64,000 nucleotides of DNA from contig CAVWWD010000008.1 in the NCBI GenBank assembly GCA_963758635.1, positions 704,001 to 768,000 on the forward strand, given 5' to 3'. Both the position numbers and the translations under genes were made by a program. Shown in pieces: positions 14,095-24,187 of the stretch (the stretch's first letter is position 1; each line of letters opens with the position of its first letter). Source of the DNA: an uncultured Candidatus Rokubacteria bacterium (lineage in GTDB: Bacteria; Methylomirabilota; Methylomirabilia; Rokubacteriales; CSP1-6). Under the pieces are notes generated by a model, which ran no database searches, was not told the origin of the DNA, and was given only the letters and a program-made list of their open reading frames with translations.

Positions 14095-14214
14095 GTGCGA
14101 GGTGAGCGCTGCTCGGCAGCGCGAGCCGAGCGTATCTGGAAATGCCGTGGAAACGACCGCGGAGCGTCGGCGGCGCGAGCCGAGCGGACATGGAAATGCC
14201 GTGGAAACGACCGC
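14095..14214 (-). repeat. repeat family C copies 2 (full) and 3 (partial), in tandem
   Basis: two copies of gcgcgagccgagcg...tggaaatgccgtggaaacgaccgc. Confidence 0.85.
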
Positions 14215-14257
14215 ATGCATCCCACCCGGCCGGACGAGAGCGGCTCGGAGAGCGTCC

Positions 14258-15430
14258 ATGAGATTCGCCCAGCGCATGTCCCGTCTCGGCACCGAATCGG
14301 CCTTCGAGGTGCTCGCCCGCGCCCGCGCGCTGGAGCGCCAGGGCAAGGAGGTCATCCACCTCGAGATCGGCGAGCCCGACTTCGACACGCCGCCGCACAT
14401 CCGTGAGGCGGGCAAGCGCGCGCTCGACGACGGCGCCACGCACTACGGGCCGGCCGCGGGCCTGCCCGAGCTGCGCGAGGCGATCGCCAAGGACGTCGGC
14501 GCGACCCGGCAGATCCCCGTCACGCCCGAGGAGATCGTCGTCACGCCGGGCGCCAAGCCCATCATGTACTTCGTGATCACGTCGCTGGTGGATCCGGGCG
14601 ACGAGGTCATCTATCCGAACCCGGGCTTCCCGATCTACGAGTCCGTGATCAACTTCGTGGGCGGCGTGCCCGTGCCCATCCCGCTGCGCGAGGAGGAGGG
14701 GTTCGGGTTCGACCTCGACGTGTTCGAGCGCCGGGTGTCGCCGAAGACCCGCCTCATCATCGTCAACTCGCCCCAGAACCCGACGGGCGGCGTCCTCGAG
14801 CCCGCGCAGCTCGAGCGCATCGCCGCCATCGCGCTCCGCCACCGCATTCCCGTGCTCGCCGACGAGATCTACAAGTCGTTCCTCTACGAGGGCGACTTCG
14901 CCTCCATCACCCGCGTGCCCGGGATGAAGGACCTCACGATCATCCTCGACGGCTTCTCCAAGGCGTACGCGATGACGGGCTGGCGGCTGGGCTACGGCGT
15001 CATGCCGCGCGACCTCGCCGACCACGTGACGCGGCTCATGGTGAACTCGAACTCCTGCACGGCCTCGTTCACGCAGTGGGCGGGCATCGCCGCGCTCGAG
15101 GGCGACCAGATGCCGGTGGCGACGATGGTGGACGAGTTCCGGCGCCGCCGCGACCTCATCGTGGAGGGCCTCAACGGGCTTCCCGGCGTCTCGTGCCGAT
15201 CGCCGCGCGGCGCCTTCTACGTGTTCCCGAACGTGAAGGCGATCGGCCGGCCGTCGGCGGAGATCGCGGACGCCCTGCTGAACGAGGCGGGCGTCGCGCT
15301 GCTCGGCGGGTCGGCGTTCGGCGAGCACGGCGAGGGGTACCTCCGCCTGTCGTACGCGAACTCCGAGGCGAACATCCGGAAGGCGCTCGACCGCATGCGC
15401 CCGGTGCTCGCCCGCATGGCGGGGACGTAG
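14258..15430 (+). CDS. PLP-dependent class I (aspartate-type) aminotransferase
   Basis: IGEPDF, NSPQNPTG, DEIY, GFSKAYAMTGWRLG. Confidence 0.93.
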   Translation: MRFAQRMSRLGTESAFEVLARARALERQGKEVIHLEIGEPDFDTPPHIREAGKRALDDGATHYGPAAGLPELREAIAKDVGATRQIPVTPEEIVVTPGAKPIMYFVITSLVDPGDEVIYPNPGFPIYESVINFVGGVPVPIPLREEEGFGFDLDVFERRVSPKTRLIIVNSPQNPTGGVLEPAQLERIAAIALRHRIPVLADEIYKSFLYEGDFASITRVPGMKDLTIILDGFSKAYAMTGWRLGYGVMPRDLADHVTRLMVNSNSCTASFTQWAGIAALEGDQMPVATMVDEFRRRRDLIVEGLNGLPGVSCRSPRGAFYVFPNVKAIGRPSAEIADALLNEAGVALLGGSAFGEHGEGYLRLSYANSEANIRKALDRMRPVLARMAGT

Positions 15431-15508
15431 CGATCCTCGCAGATTACGGTTACCGCCACGGGCCTCTACAATCCCACCGCTCGGCATTAGTCTGATGCGC
15501 GGGGCTCA
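15431..15508 (+). mobile_element. MITE family B copy 2, GTAG target duplication
   Basis: GTAG at 15427-15430 (contains the upstream stop codon) and at 15509-15512. Confidence 0.82.
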
Positions 15509-15512
15509 GTAG

Positions 15513-17026
15513 CTGCCGACCGTCTCCAACGTCCTGATCGCCGGTCTCGCACGGGGCGGCGCGGCGACCCTGTTCCGCGCTCCCGACGCCGGGCCGGCCA
15601 CGACCTGCTCGAGGCGGCCCGACGCGCCGGCGTCCCCTGCATCGACTGCCACTCGCCGTCCACCGCGGGGACCATGGCCGCGGTCACCGCCGAGCTAGCG
15701 GGCAAGGTCGGCGCGGTCCTGGGTGGCCCGCGCGGCTGTCCGTCCCGCTTCGCCCGCGCTCCCGTGATCTTCGTGTCGGACCCCGGCGAGCCCGCGCCGG
15801 CGGGCGCTTCCGTGAAGGAGCGCCTGATCGTGACCCCGGAGACGGCCGGCCATCGCGTGGCCCACGCGATCCAGCTCGCGCTCGCCGAGCCGCGCGGGCC
15901 CGTGCACCTGGAGGTCGCTCCGGGCGTCGCCGCGCGCGAGACGCTGCCGCGAGCGTTCCCGGCGATCACGCCGGCACCGGCGCCGCCCGATCTCGCCGGT
16001 CTCGAAGCGGCGACGGTGGTCCTGCAGCGCGCCCGGCGGCCGGTGGTCATCGTGGGAGCGGGGTGTCGGCCGCTGGACGCGAAGTGGCTGCGCGCGTTCG
16101 CGGAGGCGATGCCCGCGCCCGTCCTCACCACCCGCCGGGCGAAGGGCGCCATCCCCGAGCCGCATCCCTTGGCCATGGGCGTGTTCCATGGCCGCGCCTT
16201 CGACGAGCCGCTCCTCGCACGGTCGGATCTCGTGATCACGTTCGGGGTCGATCCCGGGGAGACGATGCCCCGTGGGTGGCGGTTCGCGGCGCCGGTCCTG
16301 GCCCTGACGCGCTTTCCGGCCAGCGCCGTCACGCCGACGGGCGGCCGCACGCTGACTCCGGCGCTGGAGGTGCTGGGCGACCTCGCGATGGTCCTCGAGG
16401 AGCTGGCGCCGCGCCTCGGGGGCAAGGCCGCGGCGGACTGGGACGTGGGCTGGATCGAGCGCGTGCGGCGCGAGCGCGGCGCCGGAGCGGGCGTGTCCGG
16501 GTCCCTGGGCGCTCTCACGGCGGAGCGAGCCGTCCAGATCGTCCGCGAGCTGACCCCGGTCGGGACGATCGCCGCCGTGGATGGCGGATCCACCGGCCCG
16601 CTCGTGCTCGATGCCTGGCTCGCGACGGACCTGGGCGAGTGTCTCGTGCCGGCGAGCGCGTCGGCGACCGGCTTCGCCGTGCCGGCCGCCGCCGCGGCGC
16701 GCCTGATCGTGGCCGACCAGCCCGCGATCGCCTTCGCCGGAGCCGGCGGCCTCGTGGCGGCCGCGGCGGACCTCGAGACGGTGGCGCAGCTCGAGCGGCC
16801 CGTCACCGTGGTCGCCTTCGTCGCCGGCCCGTCCGCTCACGCGGGCGCGGATCTCGCGGCCCTCGCGCGCGCGCTCGGCTGGCGCGCGTCGGTCGCCCGC
16901 GGGGAAGGGGAGCTGCGCCGCGCGCTGGTCGACGGCCTGTCCCGTCCGGCGCCCACGCTCGTCGCGGTGCGCGTTGCGCCCGTGCGCCTCACGTCGGGGC
17001 GCGTCCCGGCCGCCGCGACGGTATAA
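15513..17026 (+). CDS. thiamine pyrophosphate-binding (acetolactate synthase-like) protein, degenerate; start uncertain, frameshift ~15595
   Basis: RGPVHLEV, ARRPVVIVGAG, KGAIPEPHPLAMG; GDG motif appears as GAG. Confidence 0.6.
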
Positions 17027-17033
17027 TCCCGCC

Positions 17034-17699
17034 ATGGCCATGCTCTCGGCGCAGCACGAGGCGGAGGTCAAGCGCGAGCTGTCGAAGATGTCCGGTCCGG
17101 TCAAGCTGGTCGTGTTCGCCTCCGAGCTCGGGGCCGAGACGAACATGCACACGGTGGGCCTGGCGCGGGAGGTGGCGGCGCTCTCCGACCGCCTCACCGT
17201 GGAGGTGCTGAACCCCTACATCGACCGCGAGCGCGCCCAGGCGTACGGAGTCGACGTGGCGCCCGCCGTGATCGTGGAGGGCGCGGAGGACTACGGCATC
17301 CGCTTCCTCGGCATGCCGGGCGGCTACGAGTTCGCCAACCTCATCGACTCGATCATCGTCGCCTCCACTGCTGCGCCCGGCCTGAGCGACGAGACCAAGG
17401 CCTCGCTCGCCGCGCTGGCCTCCGACGTCACGATCAAGGTCTTCACCACGCCTGGCTGACCCCACTGCCCCCGGGCCGTGCGCCTGGCACAGCACATGGC
17501 GGTGGCGTCGTCGCGAGTCCGCGCGGAATGCATCGACGCCAACGAGTTTCCCGAGATGTCCCAGCAGTACCGCGTCAGCGCGGTGCCGAAGATCGTGATC
17601 AACGATCGGGTGGAGTTCGAGGGCGCGCTGCCCGAGCGTGACTTCCTCAGCGCGGTGCTCCAGGCCGTCGAGGACGGCCAGGACGCGCCGCCGGCGTAG
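17034..17699 (+). CDS. two-domain thioredoxin/glutaredoxin-like protein disulfide oxidoreductase (AhpF N-terminal type), probable selenoprotein
   Basis: GIRFLGMPGGYEF...VFTTPG-TGA(17457-17459)-PHCPRAV...VSAVPKIVIN in one frame, giving UxxC. Confidence 0.88.
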
Positions 17700-17765
17700 G
17701 CCCGCGCCGCCGTCCGGTACACCAGGGCACGGCGTGAGCCGGCCGCCCGCGCGCCGCCTCATCGC

Positions 17766-18953
17766 ATGAGCGCCACGTCGTCACGTCCCGGATCCGCTCA
17801 CGCTCGTGCGGAATCGTCGCCCCTCGGCATCGCTCTCGCCGGCTTGACCGCGCTCGCCGTGGCGATGGGCATCGGCCGCTTCGCCTTCACCCCGATCCTG
17901 CCGATGATGCAGCAGGACGCGGGCCTGTCGATCGCGCGGGGCGGCTGGCTCGCCTCGGCCAACTACGCCGGGTATCTGCTCGGCGCGCTGCTCGCGATGC
18001 GGATGCGCGTCGCCCCGTCGCTGGCCATGCGCTCCGCGCTCGTGGTCATCACGCTGGGCACGCTCGCCATGGGTATCACGGACGGCTTCGGCGCATGGCT
18101 GGCGCTCCGGCTGATCGCCGGGATCGCCAGCGCGTGGGTCCTCATCTTCGCCTCGGCGACGTGCCTCGAGCGCCTCGCGCCGTTCGGCCGGCCCCTCTAC
18201 GGCGGCGCCGTGTTCGCGGGCGTGGGGACGGGGATCGCGGTGGCGGGGCTGGTCTGCCTCGCTCTCATGAGCGCCGGGCTCGGCTCGCGGCCGGCGTGGC
18301 TGGGGCTGGGCGCGCTCGCGCTCCTCGGCACCGCAGGGACGTGGCGCGCGCTCGGAAGGCCCGCGGAGCGCCGGGCGGACCCGGCCCCGACGCCGGCACG
18401 GGCCGCGGGGTGGGAACCGGGCTCGGCCAGGCTCGTCGCGTGCTACGGCGTGTTCGGCTTCGGCTACATCATCCCGGCCACGTTCGTGCCCGCGATGGCG
18501 CGCCAGGCCGTGCACGATCCGCTCGCGTTCGGATGGTCGTGGCCGGTGTTCGGCGTGGCCGCGGCGCTCTCGACGATCGCCGCCGCTGTCACGCTCGCCG
18601 GCGACCATCGCCGCCTGTGGATCCGCTGCCACCTCGTCATGGCCGCCGGCGTGGCGCTGCCCGTCGTCTGGCCGGGGCTCGGCGGCATCATGATCGCCGC
18701 GCTCCTGGTGGGGAGCACGTTCGTGGTGGTCACCATGGCCGGCATGCAGGAGGGCCGCCGCGCGGGCGGCGCGCAGGCCACGCGCCTGATGGCGGCGATG
18801 ACCGCGGCGTTCGCGGGCGGCCAGGCGGCGGGGCCGCTCGTCGCCGGTCAGATGGCCAGCCTCCACGGCGGCTTCGACGGCGCGCTGCTGCTGGCCGCGG
18901 TGCTCCTGGTGGCGAGCGCGGCGGCGCTTGCCCGCGATGGACGGCGCGCGTGA
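17766..18953 (+). CDS. YbfB/YjiJ family MFS transporter
   Basis: MGIGRFAFTPILPMM, LASANYAGYLLG. Confidence 0.88.
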   Translation: MSATSSRPGSAHARAESSPLGIALAGLTALAVAMGIGRFAFTPILPMMQQDAGLSIARGGWLASANYAGYLLGALLAMRMRVAPSLAMRSALVVITLGTLAMGITDGFGAWLALRLIAGIASAWVLIFASATCLERLAPFGRPLYGGAVFAGVGTGIAVAGLVCLALMSAGLGSRPAWLGLGALALLGTAGTWRALGRPAERRADPAPTPARAAGWEPGSARLVACYGVFGFGYIIPATFVPAMARQAVHDPLAFGWSWPVFGVAAALSTIAAAVTLAGDHRRLWIRCHLVMAAGVALPVVWPGLGGIMIAALLVGSTFVVVTMAGMQEGRRAGGAQATRLMAAMTAAFAGGQAAGPLVAGQMASLHGGFDGALLLAAVLLVASAAALARDGRRA

Positions 18954-19052
18954 GGGCTGGTGAATGAATGGCGCGGCGGCCCCGCGTGTGTACGCGGAAT
19001 CGCGGTGTTGGCCCGCGCGGCGAAGTCGGAACCCGCGTTCCTTCGCAACCTC

Positions 19053-19511
19053 GTGAGGCGAGCCAAGCCGCCGAGCCGCGCGCCCGCCGTGGTCCCGCCG
19101 GGCGCGACGCCGATCGATCTCCTGTTCGTCTACGGGAGCCTGATGCGCGGCATGCCGCTGCACCACGCGCTGGCGGGGGCGCCGCACGTCGGTGACGGGC
19201 GGATCGCGGCGCGCCTCGTCGACCTGGGCGCGTATCCGGGCGCGGTGCCCGCGCCCGACGCCGAGGTGCGCGGCGAGGTCTACCGCATCACGCGCGCCGA
19301 CCGCTGGGCCGTCCTGGACTACACGGAAGGACCTCAGTATGATCGCCGAGAGATCGCGGTGCGGCTCGACGACGGCGGCCGAGTCATCGCGTTCGTCTAC
19401 TGGTACCGAGGACCGCTGGACGCGGCCGTCCCCATCCCGGGCGGCGACTATCGGGCTCACGCGCCGGCACGGTCCATCCACTACACGCCGAGGAACCCAG
19501 GAGGCGCATGA
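19053..19511 (+). CDS. gamma-glutamylcyclotransferase family protein (start uncertain)
   Basis: LFVYGSLMRG, YPGAV, VRGEVY, LDYTEG. Confidence 0.8.
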   Translation: MRRAKPPSRAPAVVPPGATPIDLLFVYGSLMRGMPLHHALAGAPHVGDGRIAARLVDLGAYPGAVPAPDAEVRGEVYRITRADRWAVLDYTEGPQYDRREIAVRLDDGGRVIAFVYWYRGPLDAAVPIPGGDYRAHAPARSIHYTPRNPGGA

Positions 19512-20866
19512 TGGCGGTCGATCCCGCGGTGCTCGTCAAGAACGACCAGGACCATCTGATCCACCCGCTGCACCATCCGAGCGATCACCTCGAGCCGATG
19601 GTGTACGTGCGCGGCAAGGGCGCCACGATCACCGACATCCACGGGCGCGAGTACATCGACGGCCTCGCCGGGCTGTGGAACGTCAACGTGGGGCACGGCC
19701 GCCAGGAGCTCGCCCAGGCCGCGGCCAAGCAGATCGAGACGCTCGCGTACTTCTCCGGCTACACGGGCTCGTCGAACATCCCCGCGGTGGAGCTGGCGTC
19801 GAAGCTCGTGTCGCTCGCGTACCCGAACATGCAGGCGGTGTTCTTCACCTCCGGCGGAGCGGAGTCCAACGAGTCGGCCTTCAAGACCGCGCGCTTCTAC
19901 TGGAAGGCGAAGGGCAAGCCCGACAAGGTGAAGATCATCGCGCGGACGCTCGCGTATCACGGCGTGACGCTCCAGGCGATGAGCGCCACCGGCATGTCGC
20001 CGTACTGGAAGATGTTCGAGCCGCGCGTGCCGAACTTCCTCCACATCCCCACGTGCTACCCGTACCGGCAGGAGGGGGCGAAGCCCGGCGAGACCGCGGG
20101 CCAGACCGCGGCGCGGCTGCTCGAGGAAGCCATCCTGCGCGAGGGGCCGGACACGGTGGCCGCCTTCATCGCCGAGCCCATTCATGGCGGCGGCGGCGTG
20201 ATGTATCCCACCGACGACTACTTCCGGCTCGTGCGCGAGGTGTGCAACCGCCACGGCGTGCTGTTCATCGCCGACGAGGTGATCACCGGCTTCTGCCGGA
20301 CGGGGAAGTGGTTCGCCCTGGAGCACTGGAACGTGCTGCCCGACATGATGTCGTTCGCGAAGGGCGTGTCTTCCGGCTACCTGCCGCTGGGCGGCATCAT
20401 GGTGTCCAAGGACATCAAGGACGCGATGGACTCGGTGAAGCCCGAGGACCGCTGGATGCACGCCTATACGTACTCGGGCCACCCCACGTGCTGCGCGGTG
20501 GGGCTCGCCAACATCGCGATCATGGAGCGCGAGCGCCTGTGGGAGCGCGCCGCGGCCATGGGGGATCGCCTGCACCGCGGGCTCCACGCCGCGTTCGACG
20601 CCCACCCGCACGTGGGCGACATCCGGAGCGGCAAGGGGCTCCTGGCCGCGATCGAGCTGGTCGAGGACAAGGGCACCAAGGCGCCGTTCGGCGCCGACCG
20701 GAAGATCGGCAACCGCGTCCTCCAGGAGATGAGCAAGCGCGGCGTCATCACGCGGGGCAGGAACGAGCACATCTTCTTCTCGCCGCCGCTGGTGATCACC
20801 GAGACCGAGCTGGATCGGCTGCTCACGGCCACGCAGGAGGCGGTGAAGGCCGCGACGGGCGTCTAG
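19508..20866 (+). CDS. class III (omega-amine) aminotransferase
   Basis: DGLAGLWNVNVGHG, SGGAESNE, FIADEVITGF, FAKG, YTYSGHP. Confidence 0.93.
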   Translation: MMAVDPAVLVKNDQDHLIHPLHHPSDHLEPMVYVRGKGATITDIHGREYIDGLAGLWNVNVGHGRQELAQAAAKQIETLAYFSGYTGSSNIPAVELASKLVSLAYPNMQAVFFTSGGAESNESAFKTARFYWKAKGKPDKVKIIARTLAYHGVTLQAMSATGMSPYWKMFEPRVPNFLHIPTCYPYRQEGAKPGETAGQTAARLLEEAILREGPDTVAAFIAEPIHGGGGVMYPTDDYFRLVREVCNRHGVLFIADEVITGFCRTGKWFALEHWNVLPDMMSFAKGVSSGYLPLGGIMVSKDIKDAMDSVKPEDRWMHAYTYSGHPTCCAVGLANIAIMERERLWERAAAMGDRLHRGLHAAFDAHPHVGDIRSGKGLLAAIELVEDKGTKAPFGADRKIGNRVLQEMSKRGVITRGRNEHIFFSPPLVITETELDRLLTATQEAVKAATGV

Positions 20867-20960
20867 CACCGACCGCGGGCAGGGACGCCACGCCCGGGCG
20901 TCCCTGCTCACGCTTCTCTCCGCTCCGAATCACACCCCTGAAACGCCCCATCGACCTTTC

Positions 20961-20993
20961 GCTTGACTCGACTACTCGTCTTGTGTTTAGTAT
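20961..20993 (+). promoter_or_regulatory. sigma70-like promoter with GACTACTCGTC operator-like motif
   Basis: gcTTGACtcGACTACTCGTCttgtgtttagtat; the motif recurs at 22242. Confidence 0.6.
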
Positions 20994-21013
20994 TACCTTG
21001 AGACAGGTCACCC

Positions 21014-22232
21014 ATGGACCGGGACCAGCGATACGCCATCCTCGCCGAAGCCGCCGCCGACGACCGCGAGCACGGACTGCCCGGCAAGCGCCGCTTCAAG
21101 GAAGGGCCGGTCGGCATCAGGCCGGTGCGGATGCCGGGTGGCGGGCGGACGCTGCTGATGCGGGTCATGCTCACCAACGCCTGCTCGCTGTCTTGCGGCT
21201 ACTGCCCGATGTTCAACGCTGGCCGCATCCGGCGCGTCTCGCTCTCGCCCGAGGAGGTGGCGAGCACGTTCATGGACGCGGAGCGGGCCGGGGCCGCGCA
21301 GGGCCTGTTCCTGACCTCCGGCGTGCCCGGGCGACCGGAGCGGGCGGTGGACCGGATGCTGGCCGCCATCGACATCCTGAGGCGCCGCCACAGGTTCAAG
21401 GGCTACGTCCACGTGAAGCTGCTGCCCGGAACGCAGCCGGACCAGGTGGTCGAGGCCACGCGCCTGGCCACGCGCGTGTCCGTGAACCTGGAGGGTCCGC
21501 GGGACGACGTCGTGCGCGGCCTCGCGCGCGAGAAGAATCTCTCCGGTGATCTGCTCCCTGCGCTGACGCTCGCCGGCCGGCTCTCCCGCGAGGCGCGGCT
21601 CGACGGTCGAGCATGGACCGCGGCGCCCGCCGGGACCACGACCCAGTTCGTGGTGGGCGCCCGCGGCGAGGCCGACCGCGACATCCTCGGCCTGGTGGGG
21701 CGCCTCGAGCAGGACGGCGTTCTCCATCACGCGCACTTCAGCGCCTTCCAGCCGGTCGCGGGCACCCCCATGGAGGGCCAGCCGCCCACGCCTGGCGATC
21801 GCGAAGCGCGTCTCTACCAGGCCGAGCACCTGCTCCGCGGCTACGGCTTCGCCCCGGACGAGCTTCGTGTACGGCGAGGACGGCAACCTGGCCCTCGACC
21901 GCGATCCGAAGCTCGCCTGGGCGCTGGCCCATCGCGAGTGGTTCCCCGTGGAAGCGCTCCGCGCCGGGCTCGAGGTCCTGCTGCGCGTGCCCGGCATCGG
22001 ACCGGCGGGGGCGCGGAGGCTGGTCGCCGAGCGCCGCGGCACCAACATTCGCGGCGCCGCCGACCTCCGGCGCCTCGGCGTGGACGTTGCGCGGGCCGCG
22101 TACTTCCTCACGCTCCGGGGCCGCCGCCTCGCGAGCGGCCTGCCTCCGCACCAGCTCGCGCTCTTCGGCCCGGGCGGGCACCTGCCGTCGGTGGTGTGGC
22201 GTACCGCGACGCCTCCCTGCGCCTACCGCTGA
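21014..22232 (+). CDS. putative DNA modification/repair radical SAM protein with C-terminal HhH (apparent frameshift ~21866)
   Basis: TNACSLSCGYC (CxxxCxxC), GLFLTSG, TTQFVVGA, RLYQAEHLLR, LLRVPGIG. Confidence 0.88.
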
Positions 22233-22241
22233 TCGCGCGCA

Positions 22242-22272
22242 GCTTGACGTGACTACTCGTCAGATGTAGAGT
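22242..22272 (+). promoter_or_regulatory. sigma70-like promoter with GACTACTCGTC operator-like motif
   Basis: TTGACG at 22244, 17-bp spacer containing GACTACTCGTC, TAGAGT at 22267. Confidence 0.6.
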
Positions 22273-22297
22273 TTAGCTACTCATGGAGGTGTCTCGC

Positions 22298-22579
22298 ATG
22301 AATCGACTGGAATCATTGCTGCAAATCGAGCTGGACCGGATGGTCGATCGCCTCGCCGCCAGCGCTCCCGCGGACGCCGTGGCCGCCCTGAACGAGCGGG
22401 ATCCTCAGCTCCGAGCGCTCATGGACGAGGTCGAGGGAAGGCTGGCCGCGCTGCGCACCTCGATGCTCGACCAGTATCGCGAGTGGGCCCGGTCGCTCGA
22501 AGTCTACGGCGACCTGTGGGCTCTGGCGGCGCTGAAGACATCCGGCGCGCGAGACCTCCCCGAGCGCCGCGCGGCCTAG
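22298..22579 (+). CDS. hypothetical helical protein
   Basis: GGAGGT RBS before ATG 22298; coiled-coil-like sequence. Confidence 0.7.
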   Translation: MNRLESLLQIELDRMVDRLAASAPADAVAALNERDPQLRALMDEVEGRLAALRTSMLDQYREWARSLEVYGDLWALAALKTSGARDLPERRAA

Positions 22580-22657
22580 TGAGCCCCGCGCATCAGACTA
22601 ACGCCGAGCGGTGGGACTGTAGAGGCCCGTGTCAGTGACCGTATTCTGCGAGGGTCA
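22580..22657 (-). mobile_element. MITE family B copy 3, CTAG target duplication
   Basis: CTAG at 22576-22579 and 22658-22661, each supplying the TAG stop of one convergent gene. Confidence 0.85.
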
Positions 22658-23125
22658 CTAGCCTCCGAACCTGCGCCTGAGCCAGCCGGGCCCCGACGGG
22701 GCGCTGCCGAGTTGGTCGCGACTGAAGTCCGCGCGGACCTCCTCGAAGCGCTGCCAGTAGTCCGGCAGGCGCTTGGACAGGAAGACCTGCCCGGCGAACC
22801 GCCGCGTGCGCTCGTCGGGTCCGTCGGTCATGGCGGCGTCGAAAGCCGCGCGAGCGTCGTCGGGCAGGAACGGGCTCAGCCGCCGGTGAAGAGCTTCGAG
22901 GAAGCGGCCCGCCATGGCGAGGACCTCGTCGCGGTCCCGCGCGTTGTCGTCCTCGGGCGCGCGGTGGCCGGCTCGCTTGCGCACCTCGACCACGACGTCG
23001 AGGCCGGCCATCTCCACCGCCTCCTCGAGCCGGGCGCGGAGCTGCGCGTCGATCCGGTCGCGGAGGCTCCTGGGGTCTCCGTGCTGATGGCCGAACGCCC
23101 CGCCGATCGGGCCTCCGGTGCTCAT
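22658..23125 (-). CDS. hypothetical protein
   Basis: GGAG RBS; protein-like composition. Confidence 0.65.
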   Translation of the reverse strand: MSTGGPIGGAFGHQHGDPRSLRDRIDAQLRARLEEAVEMAGLDVVVEVRKRAGHRAPEDDNARDRDEVLAMAGRFLEALHRRLSPFLPDDARAAFDAAMTDGPDERTRRFAGQVFLSKRLPDYWQRFEEVRADFSRDQLGSAPSGPGWLRRRFGG

Positions 23126-23209
23126 GCTGTCTCCGCCATGCGGCCAGGCGTCATGCGCGCTCGGCCACGCCGCCGGCCGTCGCGCGCCGTCCGCAGGCGC
23201 CCCGGGAGC

Positions 23210-24115
23210 TCATGCGTTCTCCGCGAGCATCCGCCGGAGCCCGTCGATCAGAGGCTCCGGAGCGATACGCAGGTCGGCGAAGAACCGGCGCGGGTCGCAC
23301 ACGCTTTCCTCCTCCAGCATCGTGAGCTGGTCGATGCTGATGGGATATCCCGGCGCCCATTGAAGGCAGCGGGTGGCGAAGCGGACCGGGCCCAGCGGCA
23401 CCTTGAGCTTGCGGACCCTCACCTGGCCGGTCGCCGCCCCGATCTGATCGAGGATGTCCACGAAGGGATACGGCGCCGGCCCGCCCACCTCGTACGTCTG
23501 TCCCACGCTGCCATGCTCGCGCGCGGCGCGGGCGAAGCCCTCCGCGACCTGCTCCACCGGGATGGGCTGGAGGCGGTACCGTCCGTCGCCGAGCACGGGC
23601 ACGAGGGGCAGGCGGCGGACGAGCGACGCGAGCACCGAGATGAACGCGTCTCCCGGGCCGAAGATGATCGACGGGCGGAAGATGGTCCAGTCGAGACCAC
23701 TCTGCCGGACCGCCTCCTCGGCGAGCCACTTGGTCCGGTGATAGGCGGATCGAGCGTCCGGTCGGGTGCCGAGGGAGCTCATGTGCAGGTATCGCCGCAC
23801 GCCGGCTTCCTGAGCTACGTGGAGCATGTTCTCCGTGGCCACCCGGTGGAGGCGGTCGAACGTGACCCCGCGGAAGCGGCTCTCGCGGATGATCCCCACC
23901 AGGTGCACCAGGGTGGTGCACCCCTCCATGGAGCGCGCGAGCCCGTCCGGGGAAAGCACGTTGCCGGGAACGCGGTCGATCGCCTCGAAGCCGCGCAGGG
24001 CGGGCTCGGAGCCCGGCCGGACGAGGCAGCGGACCAGGAAGCCGTGGTGAAGGAGGGCGTGGACGACGGAACGACCGACGAACCCGGTGGCCCCGGTGAT
24101 GAAGATCCGCTCCAT
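23210..24115 (-). CDS. NAD-dependent epimerase/dehydratase (NDUFA9-like SDR)
   Basis: ITGATGFVG, YHRTK, FRPSIIFG. Confidence 0.9.
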   Translation of the reverse strand: MERIFITGATGFVGRSVVHALLHHGFLVRCLVRPGSEPALRGFEAIDRVPGNVLSPDGLARSMEGCTTLVHLVGIIRESRFRGVTFDRLHRVATENMLHVAQEAGVRRYLHMSSLGTRPDARSAYHRTKWLAEEAVRQSGLDWTIFRPSIIFGPGDAFISVLASLVRRLPLVPVLGDGRYRLQPIPVEQVAEGFARAAREHGSVGQTYEVGGPAPYPFVDILDQIGAATGQVRVRKLKVPLGPVRFATRCLQWAPGYPISIDQLTMLEEESVCDPRRFFADLRIAPEPLIDGLRRMLAENA

Positions 24116-24187
24116 TCGGGCGCATCCTAGCACGGACACAGTCGAAACTCCTGGGCCGGGCTCGCGCGCGCCGGTATCATGGCGCCA

